From the NCBI GenBank assembly GCA_951406725.2, contig OX597825.1, forward strand, positions 20,522,001 to 20,586,000: a DNA stretch of 64,000 bases, in the 5' to 3' direction. The DNA is from Octopus vulgaris. Taxonomy: Eukaryota. Shown here in pieces: positions 52,725 through 64,000 of the stretch (the stretch's first letter is position 1; every line of letters begins with the position of its first letter). A model generated the notes under the pieces. That model had not been told where the DNA came from, did no database searches, and saw only the letters and a program-made list of their open reading frames with translations. The position numbers were made by a program, and so were the translations under genes.

Positions 52725-53264
52725 CCGCATACATATATGCCTACACATGTGTTTACACGTCTTCTTTTTATTAAAGGCATAAAGCCTGACATGTGTTTAC
52801 ACGTGTCTCCTGCGATTGTGTGTGTACATGTATCTATGCATGGGATTGGTAAGAAACCACTGTTCACTCAGAGATGTTATATTTTACGCATCCCTCTTCG
52901 TGTTACCTTATTTTTATTAAAGGTGTCCCCATACATTTTTATTACTACTTTATGTTTAGTATAGGACAACGACGTTCCGAAATCTATGATTGGTTTAAGA
53001 CCTTTTGGGAGATTCTGCATATTAATGGAGCGGAGGCATTAGCTTTTATTACCGCGTGCAGGAGAATAACATCTTTACTAATAACTCATTGTGAGATCTG
53101 AAATGGTTTGACTGTTAACTCTTTGATTATGTTGCTCTTTTCCGTGTTTCAAACGCTGAACTGCAGCCATGTTGGGGTCATACTAGCTCTTATAGGGCTA
53201 GTTTAACGAATGTATGCTTCTCTTCCTTGAAGACTGATACTTATTCTATTTGTATCTATTTATA

Positions 53265-53495
53265 TGGCTGCGAGCTGGCAGAAACGTTAGCACTCCGGCC
53301 GAAAGGCTTAGTGGTATTTCGTCTGCCGTTACGTTCTGAGTTCAAATTCCGCCGAGGTCGACTTTGCCTTTCATCCTTTGGGGATCGATAAATTAAGTAC
53401 CAGTTACGTACTGGGGTCGATGTAATCGACTTAATCCTTTTGTTTGTTCTTGTCTGTCCCCTCTATGTTTAGCCCCTTGTGGGTAATAAAGAAAT
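53265..53495 (+). mobile_element. Family A SINE monomer nested in a minus-strand family C module
   Basis: Full head and tail; TSD TTCTATT(T/C)GTATCT. Confidence 0.9.
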
Positions 53496-53598
53496 ATTCT
53501 ATTCGTATCTTTTGCCGAGCGCCTAAATTACGGGGACGTGTACAAACTAACACTACTTGGCCAGCGGTAGTCCAAAGGGGAGGGACAAACACAATGAT

Positions 53599-53641
<43 letters not shown>

Positions 53642-53729
53642 CTTTTGTACATAAGACGTGCTTTTTTAAAGTTGTGTTCTATCAAATTCACTAATAATGC
53701 ATTGATAGGTCGAGGCTACATTGTTTACT

Positions 53730-54057
53730 TTTCTACTCTAGGCACAAGGCAACTGGTACTTAATTTATCAAACCCCGAAAGGATGAAAGACAAAGTCGAC
53801 CTCGGCGGAATTTGAACTCAGAACGTAAAGACAGACGAAATATTGCTAAGCATTCCACTAAGCGTGCTAACGTTTCTTATTTCTTTATTGCCCACAAGGG
53901 GCTAAATATACAAGGAACAAACAAGGACAGACAAAGGGATTAAGTCGAATACATCGATCCCAGTGCGTAACTGCTACTTAATTTATCGACCCCGGCAGAC
54001 GAAATACCACTAAGCACTTCGCCCGGCGCGCTAACGTTTCTGCCAGCTCACCGCCTT
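53730..54057 (-). mobile_element. Composite family A SINE: young, internally deleted copy joined to an older copy
   Basis: Minus-strand tail AATAAAGAAATA is followed by AGAAACGTTAGCACGC of a second copy. Confidence 0.8.
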
Positions 54058-55145
54058 CAGTCAGGGCTACATTACAAGACACATGTCTTAGGTGCCACAC
54101 TCTGGAACTTGATCCGAAACCACACGGGTGCTAGGAGAACAACCTAGTAACACAACCATACCCATGCCTAACCAAATTCTCTCACAAAACATTGGTTGGT
54201 CCGGATCTCTAGGACAAGGTGTCGCGCAGTGGGACTGAATCTGAAGCCACGTGGTTGCGAAACGAACTAACTTAAGATTACTTTCCCAGTTTATTTCACG
54301 TGTGTTTTATCATTGTGCGTGTGTTGCTTTTTATTTTGTTATTTGGTTTAGAAGATCTCCATGTGGGAACGTAAAATATTTTTTATTAAATGACAATATG
54401 GTCAATGATGTAACGGTTGTACCAATCCATCAGTCTTATTTACTTACATATCAATAATAATTTATGATTCATTATTAACAGTAATTATTTCGGGTTCAGC
54501 CCCATTGCGAAACATCAAAGTCAAGTGTCTTCAACTATAGCATCGAGCCGACTAATGCATTGCGGGCGAATTTAGCAGGCGGAAACTGTGAGGAAGCCTG
54601 TCATATGTATGTCTCTGTCTGTGTGACGTTGTTTCTGTTCTGTCCTCCACCACCTCATGATAACTGGTGTTGGTTTGTTTATGTCACTATAGCTTAGCTG
54701 TTTGGCGGAAAGAGACCTTTAGAACAACAATAAGAACTGGGGTTGATTTCTTCGATTAAACCTGTATAAGGCCGTGCTCAAGTTTGGCTGCAGTCCAATG
54801 AGTGATACAAGATGAAGGTAAGACATTAGTTGATGTACCGTAGCTATTTACAACATTCTGTTGTATGTAATTTTATATAGAACGGTAGTGTTAGGAACCA
54901 AGTTTTGCTTCCCTGTTCTATGACAGTTCCTCGTTATTGAACATTTGTACATATATATGTGTGTGTGTGTGTGTAAGTATATATGTATATGTATATATAT
55001 TTGTATATATGTATATGTAAATATATATGTATATATATGTGTGTGTTTGTGTGTGTATATATACACATATATTCATGTATATATGCATACACACACGCAC
55101 TCACACGCATATATATGTATGTGTATATATATATTATTCACATAT

Positions 55146-55189
<44 letters not shown>

Positions 55190-56292
55190 ATGTGTATGTG
55201 TGTATGTGTGTATATATATATGTGTGTATATGTATGTATGCATGTATGTGTATATATATATTATTCAGATATACATATATGTATATATATGTATATATCT
55301 ATATATCTATATATATGTATATATATGTGTGTGTATGTATATGTATGTATATATATATATACATATATATGCTTGTATATGCATATATATATATACGTAT
55401 ATATATTTGTATATATATACACATATACACAGAGTCAACTGCACCATGTGATTCACTACAGTACCCTGTGGCGGTTCTTTCGTTGGATCTCAAACGTGTT
55501 ATTAACAAAAGGTAGGCACGTGATCTGTTTCTCGTTGGCCACGAAGAATCATACACAGCTTTCAGTTAAATTACGTATCTGTGGGTGGTAGTTATTTCGT
55601 GTTGAGGTCTTGATCTCGACGTAAGTCTTAGATTTGAATAGACGCCAATACTTTGTCCAGCTTTCTCCAGATATCTGGAAATTTTCCGAGCGCGTGAGTG
55701 GAATCACAACTTAAATGCATGTTGCAGTGTTTTATGAGTAGTTATGAGGTGGTTAAATCAAAATATATTATCAAATGTGCCTTGAAATTTCCATATCAGA
55801 TAATCAATAGTTACCGCAAACATGTTGAATTTGATCAAATCACAACGGACTATTCAATTGGTAATTAATAACTATATTTACAGTTGCGGCCGAAATGTTC
55901 ATAACGGCATTGTTTTCGTCAGAAAAGTAGGTATAGTTTTTTATCAAACTTGTTTTATATTCTATAATTTTCACAGACAATAATTACAATATTATTTGTT
56001 ATTGTCTGAGATTTTGGTGTAATTTGAGAGGATAATACAAAAGTTATGGATGATTTAGTGATTTTCTGCAAAACCCATGGCGGCCAAAATGATCAGAAAG
56101 GTTGAAAAAATAACAAAATAATCAAAAATGACATATATATATATATGTACATACATACATATATATATATACATATACGTACATACATATATATTAGCAA
56201 TGTTAGTTAACGACAACAATTGTGACAACAGCAATAATGATAACCATAACATCCCCTACACAAACAAGTAGCAACAACAATAGCCATAATAG

Positions 56293-56456
56293 GAGTAGGA
56301 GTGGCTGTGTGGTAAGTAGCTTGCTTACCAACCACATGGTTCCGTGTTCAGTCCCACTATGTGGCACCTTGGGCAAGTGTCTTCTACTATAGCCTCGGGC
56401 CGACCAAAGCCTTGTGAGTAGATTTGGTAGACGGAAAATAAAAGAAGCCCGTCGTA

Positions 56457-56516
<60 letters not shown>

Positions 56517-56730
56517 CGTATGTGTGTGTATTTGTTTGTGTGTTTGTGTTTGTCCCCCAAACATCGGTTGACAACCGATGCTGGTGTGTTTACATCCCCG
56601 TAACTTACCGGTTCGGCAAAAGAGACCGATAGAATAAGTACTAGGCTCGCAAAGAATATGTCTATTTGCACGACTACATGTGGTGCTCCAGCATGGCCAC
56701 AGTCAAATAACTGAAACAAGTAAACGATTA
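56293..56730 (+). mobile_element. Family C SINE, full length with internal (TA)n(TG)n
   Basis: Runs AGTAGGAGTGGCTGTGTGGTAAGTAGC to CTGAAACAAGTAAA. Confidence 0.92.
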
Positions 56731-57708
56731 AAAGGTGTAGAGAGTATGACAATAACAACAATGAGAACAATAAAAACTATAAACGCAACAACGACAACAT
56801 CAGCAACAACAATGCCAGCAACCATAACAATAAACACATCGATAGTAACACCGGCAGCACCCTACACTCTGTCTTATATATATATATATATATATATAGG
56901 CACATACGATCATATTTAACAAGTTTGGGTACCCTCCACACAGAAAGACATACGCAGAAATATTCTCGCGATGAGTGAAAAACCCACCATCGGTGTGAGA
57001 ATTACGTTATCAGATCGGAGGCAGCCACCGTGTTTCAGCCTCATTGCGCGTCAACATCACATCCTTTTCATAACGTTACAGCTGTTTCCCACCTCTTTTT
57101 TTATCGTGCAGTACCTGTTTACAGCTAAATAGACTGGACCATTATGGAGAATAGAACCTTTGCCATGGACGTAATGCTTAGCCAGAGATAGGATAAGAAC
57201 TGTTGATCTTTCAACTCGATTATCTATAGAATCTAAGACAGAAATAGTAATATCGAAATAAGAATATAATAAAGTGTAACCAAAAGGTTTCGGAGTTGAT
57301 TTATGTAAAATTCAACACTTTCTTTGATCACCAAAATTTTATAAGAAGACTTCTGCAAGTGAACTTTCGAGGTGATAATATATTATAGAGGTGTAGCATA
57401 TTTCTTATACATACATTCACGTATATACATATACTTATATGTAAGTATATATGTATACACATATATGTGTGTGTGAGAGAGAGAGGGTGTGAGTGTGTGT
57501 GAGAGAGAGAGAACAAGTGTCTGTGTGTGTGTGTATGTGTGTGTGTATGTGTGTGTGTGTATGTGTGTGTGTGTGTATGTGTGTGTGTGTGTGTGTGCAT
57601 GTGTGTGTGCGTACATACAAGTTTGAAATGGACACATTTAAACAGAATCACAAGTGTCTGTGTGTGTATGTGTATGTGTGTGTATGTGTGTGTGTGTGTG
57701 TGTGTGTA

Positions 57709-57740
<32 letters not shown>

Positions 57741-58555
57741 CATGTGTGTGTGCGTACATACATATATATATGTATACATATGTATATATATGTGTGTGTG
57801 TGTGGTGTGTGTGTATAAATATATATATATATATATGTATACACATGTATATGTATATATATGTGTGTGTGTGTGTGGTGTGTGTGTATAAATATATATA
57901 TATATGTATATGTATATGTATATATATGTGTGTGTGTGTGCGTGTGTGTTTGATATAATATATATATGTGTATGTGTTTAAATAGACATAATATATATGT
58001 ACATTTATATAAACACATATGTGTGTATATATATATATAGATATATATATACATATGTGTTTATGTGTGTATATATGATATACATACATACATGCATACA
58101 TACATATATACTGACTTAGAGACTGAACTTCTGCGAAGACAAGCAAACACATAGACTTACTCATACGAAGACACATACACATAATAATAAAAACACACAA
58201 AAACACACGCTTTCATCTGACACATAGTCATATAGACGCATAGACAAGTGTAAAACCCTTACATTCAAAGAAAAAATTTCACTAATATACACCAGCATGC
58301 ACGCACACACAAACAAACATACATAGGAAACGCAAAACATTCATGAACAACAATGACTAGAATAATATAGCAACAATATGAATGAAAGTGTATGTGTGTA
58401 GATCAGAAAAAAGGCTCCGAAACGGTGCGTCGTCGAAGAAAATGGGTTTCATTTTCGAAATGTGCGTCCCAACGGGGAGGCATTCAGTGATTAGTAATTT
58501 AAAAAAAATATAATTTGCTATGGGAAATAACTCGACTTTTAGATCATATTTGTCA

Positions 58556-58656
<101 letters not shown>

Positions 58657-58778
58657 CTCTCCTTCTCTCTTCCTCTCTCTCCCTCTCTCTTACGCTTGTC
58701 TCCTCGCTATTTATATTTACAATACTCCCTCTCACGCCTTCTCTGTATATGCATATCTCTCACACATGCTGCTCTCCC

Positions 58779-58849
<71 letters not shown>

Positions 58850-59329
58850 TTCGATATGATACATAATTTCTTTCGTTAGAAGCTACAACTTTGTCGTTGT
58901 AGCTTCTAATGTTTTAGCTTTTATTTTGTGAGAGATTTCTCTCACGCAGAAAATTTCAGCTTCCAAATCTTGTTTTCTGATTGGGTAAAAATTATCAAAC
59001 TTTAAAATTCTGTCACATTTTTCGAAATTTTTTCTAGAATCACAAAATCGGATATAGCGTGAAAAGTACCTCAATATAACAAATTTGAAAATTTTCACTT
59101 CGTTTTCAAAATCTGTGACAGTAACAAAAATGATTCCCTCTCCCAATTTGTATTTCTATGCTTTTTATACTTTGCTACTGTAAACTTTCTCCTTCTGTCA
59201 GAGGCGTAGCCAGGTTCTAAAGTAAGGGAGAGTGACCACATAAAAAAAGGCGCCAAACAATTTTTAATTAGAAATATTGAATTTCTAAATGTCTCAAAGA
59301 GACATGAGCGATGGTGGAGCGATAGAGTG

Positions 59330-59582
59330 GTTGTATACTGTCAACATAACGTGACAGTCCCGTAAGGGAATTACACTACCGCTGTTTAGCCCTAGGAAGC
59401 ATCGACGCTTCCTGTCGGCTTTGACACATTTCCTGTGTCCTTATATTTGCAAAGGGGAGGCAAGCACCCCCACCAGCTAGGATTCACACCTGAGAACATG
59501 CATGTTTCTGGGTCTTTACCCGTCATCAGCCCAGGATAGTGAACCTGCTAGTTGAGATGCCTGTCTAGCCTTCGCAAATATA
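59330..59582 (-). ncRNA. Type I hammerhead ribozyme element, copy 2 (GUU site)
   Basis: Minus strand CCTGGG CTGATGA CGGGT AAAG ACCCA GAAAC ATGCAT GTT|CTCAGG (59535-59489). Rod closes with TATTTGCGAAGG/CCTTTGCAAATA; same four downstream hairpins as copy 1. Confidence 0.88.
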
Positions 59583-59675
59583 TATATATATATTTACAGT
59601 GAAATCTATTCATTGATCACCGTAATTAGAAACATTGAATTTCTAAATGTCTCAAATTCGTTATCTTATATTACG

Positions 59676-59990
59676 TGGATGCGCAATGGCCCAGTGGTTA
59701 GGGCAGCTGACTCACGGTCGGGGGATCGCGGTTTCGATTCCCAGACCGGGTGTTGTGTGTGTTTATTGAGCGAAAACACCTAAAAGCTCCACGATACTCC
59801 GGCAGGTGGTAGTGGTGACCCCTGTTGTGCTCTTTCACCACAACTTTCTCTTACTCTCTCTCTCTTCCTGTTTCTTGAGTAACGCTGCGATGGACTGGCG
59901 TCCCGTCCAGCTGGGGATGTGGGGACACATACGCCACTGAAACCGGGAAACCGGGCCCATGAGCCTGGCTAGGCTAGAAAAGGGCGAGAA
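59676..59990 (+). mobile_element. tRNA(Arg-like)-headed SINE, family B tail type 4
   Basis: Type-1-like head and core joined to tail GCTGCGATGGACTGGCGTCCCGTCCAG...GAAACCGGGAAACCGGGCCCATGAGCC. Confidence 0.88.
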
Positions 59991-60439
59991 AAAAAACTTA
60001 TTTTTTGCGAGATATTTCATTGGTTATCATATACGTAATTGTATTCCACATTCATTAATTTCATGTATACAAAACTTACAACGGATGATATAAGTGTGAC
60101 ATACAAAAGATGAAACTCCACGGAACTGTCCTAGTGTCGAGTGGTTATGACGTCAGGGTTTGTTTTGGTTCTTCAGATGTCAACGGCCACCAACGTAACA
60201 CAGGAGATTGAGCAGACAGTTCAAAAACACGGGAGATTGATCAAATAAAGTAATGGCTCCAGAAGATTCTTCCAGGGCCATAAGATACCAAAAAATACGA
60301 ATGGGATTCGATTTTTATCACACAAGTGTACTAAAGAGTTCAAAATAATTGTTGAAAAGGCGCCAATTCTGAAAATTGTGCTCGGGATGGTGGGGGTAGC
60401 GATTACTTCCCTTGATCCCCTATTTTCTACACCACTGCC

Positions 60440-60485
<46 letters not shown>

Positions 60486-61244
60486 GAAAGAATGGAGTTG
60501 AACGACGAATTAACAAAATTCCTTTATTTTCGACATATGTTTCGAAGGCTGCATATTCCTAATTGCGAAGGAATAAGGAGTACATTATGTCTTCTCTGAT
60601 GTGAATTTGCTACCCAGGTATCGGTTAACCGAATTATCCATAACAAGATAATTCATTCTACTACTCAAATATATATATATATTTATTTATTTATTTATCA
60701 GACTCTCTCACTTTTTCACTGTATATGTATAAGATGTATCATTTAGATAAGGGCACAAAAACCTCGGTCGCACAGACACAGGAGACAATGTCTCATTTCA
60801 ATTCAAACAATTTCAATTTCCAATGAGTCCTAATTTTGTCATAAACATCAATAAATCGCTAGAACAAATACTTTTGGTTGCTTGTTTACGACTTGAAGAG
60901 TCCTGATTCATCCTTTACAAGTAAGAAGTCTTTATATCTTTGCACCAAATGGAAAAACAAAAAGCATTATCAATTCCCCTAAATATGCAGAAATCCGTCC
61001 TGACCAACGTTTAACAGTCGGGGAAGATATGGTCGTACATGAAATAAAAAAAATTATTTAAATAAATGCATTCTATTGTGAAATGGCTCGGCAACGACGG
61101 GTTACTTAGCTACTGTGGGTGCGTGTGCGTGTGTGCTTGCTTCCAATCACATGGTACTGTGCACCTTGGGCAAGTGTCTTCTTATAAAATATAGGCGATT
61201 TAGAAAGTGTTGAATCTTACATAAATCAACTCAGAAACCTTCTG

Positions 61245-61550
61245 GCACTTTGGCCAAGTGTCTTCTGCTATAGTCTCGAGCCAACCAAAGCCTTGTGAAT
61301 GGATTTGATCGGCGGAAACTGAAAGAAAACTCTTCCAATATATGTATATGTTTGTGTGTCTGTGTTCGACTTCATCCCACTGATGTTGGTGGGCTTATGT
61401 CCCCGTGACTTAGCGGTTCGGAAAAAGGAGCTAATAGAATAAGTACCAGGCTTACAAAGAATAAGTCCAGGGGTCGATTTGCTCGACTAAAGGTGGTGCT
61501 CCTGCATGGCCGCAGTCAAACGACTGAAACAAGTATAAGAAAATAAAAGA
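61245..61550 (+). mobile_element. Family C SINE, headless
   Basis: CAAGTGTCTTCTGCTATAG...GGTGCTCCTGCATGGCCGCAGTCAAACGACTGAAACAAG. Confidence 0.85.
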
Positions 61551-61587
61551 ATATATATATATATATATATGTATGTATATATATATG

Positions 61588-61683
<96 letters not shown>

Positions 61684-61712
61684 TATGTATATACATATAT
61701 ATGTGTATATAC

Positions 61713-61760
<48 letters not shown>

Positions 61761-62376
61761 ATATATATATATATGTGTGTATATATAAATATATATATAT
61801 ATATATATAAGCACATAAAATTACACACATATACACACACTCAATTCACTCCTTCTCAACGTATACTTTATTACGGAGACAAAAACGCATTCGCAACCAT
61901 ACCTGTGATAGAATATATTTTAAAAACCCTTACAAGAACTAAAATAAAGGACATAAACCAATACACATACACACATACATACACACAATACGCACATAAG
62001 TATATACACAAACACATATAGCCATAAACACACATACACGTAATGTAATCTCATGACTAACACATTGATAAAGGGCGGATTAATGCAGAATAACAAAACA
62101 AAACTTTAACATCTTCACACAAATGCCACAATAATACACACACACATATATATATATAGACATATATATGGACATACTTGTATATACATACTTATATATA
62201 CATATATATATATATACATAAGTGAATAGATAAATAGGTAGATATACAGAAGGATAGATAGATAGATAGATAGATACTTATATATACACACTTATATATA
62301 CATATATATACATATATATATATACATATATACATAACTGAATAGATAAATAGGTAGAAAAATGGATAGATAGGTT

Positions 62377-62489
<113 letters not shown>

Positions 62490-62904
62490 TGAGAGCGAGT
62501 TTAGAAAAGAGGAGGGAGAGAGAGATACAATCAATCTCACACAGATAACGAAAGAAACGAGCACAAAGCGATTTATTTGCCAATATTTACGAGTTGAGTC
62601 ACTCACACACACAGACACAGATGGAATCTAGCACTTTCTTAAAAGGCCACAATAGCAACAAGTGTAGTATACACACGCGCACGCCAATGAGAGGCCTTCT
62701 CAGTCACAAAAACAAAATACCAGTTATATACAAATATATATATATATATATATATATACACGGAATATACACGCGCGCACACACACATATATAGAGACAG
62801 AGAGACAAATGCCAACACAGTGAGTGCAACAGACACATAGAGACAGGTGCAATTACAGACACACATACACACACATATATGTATGTATATTTATTTTTAT
62901 TTTT

Positions 62905-63120
62905 CTCTTTTACGTGTTTCAGTCATTTGACTGCGGCCATGCTGGAGCACCGCCTATAGTCGAGCAAATCGACCCCAGGACTTATTCTTTGTAAACCAAG
63001 TACTTATTCTATCGGTCTCTTTTTGCCGAGCCGCTGAGTTACGAGGACATAAGCACACCACCATCGGCTGTCAAGCGATGTTGGGGGGACAAACACAGAC
63101 ACACAAACATATACACACAC
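62905..63120 (-). mobile_element. Family C SINE, 3' module
   Basis: GTTTCAGTCATTTGACTGCGGCCATGCTGGAGCACCGCC...GGGGGACAAACACAGAC. Confidence 0.88.
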
Positions 63121-63122
63121 GT

Positions 63123-63203
<81 letters not shown>

Positions 63204-63696
63204 TGCACACAGAGAGTGTGCACAGACACATAGAGACAGGTACTATTACACACACACATATATACAAAACGTACACGCATGTATGTACATGTGGATGCAA
63301 ACACCGAACACAATGTGTGCAGACTCGTTATGACCAAATCGTTAAGAAGTTTGCTACGCAACCACGAAATTCGGCGTTCGGTCTTAGTCCTTGTCATTTT
63401 AAATAAATGTTATTTTTTCTGTAGGTTTGGGTCGATCCATACATCTTAAGTGAAATAGCGTAGAAGGAAACTGTAGACAAACTCGTCGGATGGATTACTG
63501 TTACTCTGCAAAAAGTACTGCCTTGTCGTACACTTGGGTCACGTTGATTCTAACTGAGAATTACGTATAACGGTATGCGCTTCTGTGGAATACTCAGTCA
63601 CTTTAACGTGTGCGTAATTCAGTCGATCGAACATCATTTAACGGATGACATCTGCTGCCTATATGTATATACCATAGATACATACATAATACATAC

Positions 63697-63765
<69 letters not shown>

Positions 63766-63768
<3 letters not shown>

Positions 63769-64000
63769 GGTGCGTAAGATATTTGTGGCAGATTTATGTT
63801 TATAAAAAAAAAAACAGATTTATAATAACAGATAATAACTTTATTTATGAGGATAAAAATAAACCTTTTCTTTAATGTTATTCAATAAAGCCACCTTCAG
63901 CTTCAACAACTCCTTCTATATGAGATCTAAGTCATCTACATGCTCGATTTAAGACGTCTTGGTTCATTTTGGACATTACTCTGACTATGGCAGCTTTCAA
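63766..64000 (-). mobile_element. 3' end of a DD37D/maT-like Tc1/mariner transposon, running off the window
   Basis: Minus frame LKAAIVRVMSKMNQDVLNRACR*LRSHIEGVVEAEGGFIE* is a typical transposase C-terminus; TIR-like CAGGGTG at 63766. Confidence 0.8.

Larger units (their letters stand above)
59199..60437. mobile_element. hAT-like non-autonomous DNA element hosting nested insertions
   Basis: TIRs CAGAGGCGTAG / CTACACCACTG; 6/8-matching 8-bp flanks CCTTCTGT (59191-59198) and CCCTCTCT (60438-60445); AAAAGGCGCCAA near both ends. Confidence 0.6.

Noticed and set aside
60515-60605. Minus-strand GAAAC-ATAT-GTC as hammerhead stem III
   Set aside because: No intact CTGANGA upstream and stems I and II are ambiguous; at most a decayed relic.

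Overview
AT-rich, microsatellite-saturated eukaryotic non-coding DNA. The SINE and LINE content suggests an octopus (coleoid cephalopod) genome; this is an inference from repeat style, not a database match. No intact host protein-coding gene is visible, and almost all listed ORFs are translations of (TA)n, (GATA)n, (TAA)n, (GTA)n and (CATA)n repeats. The window is a mosaic of tRNA-derived SINEs (at least four families), decayed LINEs (RTE/BovB-like, R4/Dong-like, CR1-like, a probable Tx1/L1-like 3' end), a Penelope-like GIY-YIG element, DD37D Tc1/mariner relics, MITEs, a Helentron-type HINE and a 5 x 171-bp tandem repeat. Two signals stand out. (1) Two strongly diverged ~250-nt elements (33140-33385 on +, 59330-59582 on -) each carry a type I hammerhead ribozyme at the tip of a long covarying rod, followed by four structurally conserved hairpins. 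(2) A young SINE repeatedly joins its 3' tail to the same nucleotide inside copies of its own family, building head-plus-(body)n arrays; its tail matches a LINE-like 3' end present in the window.
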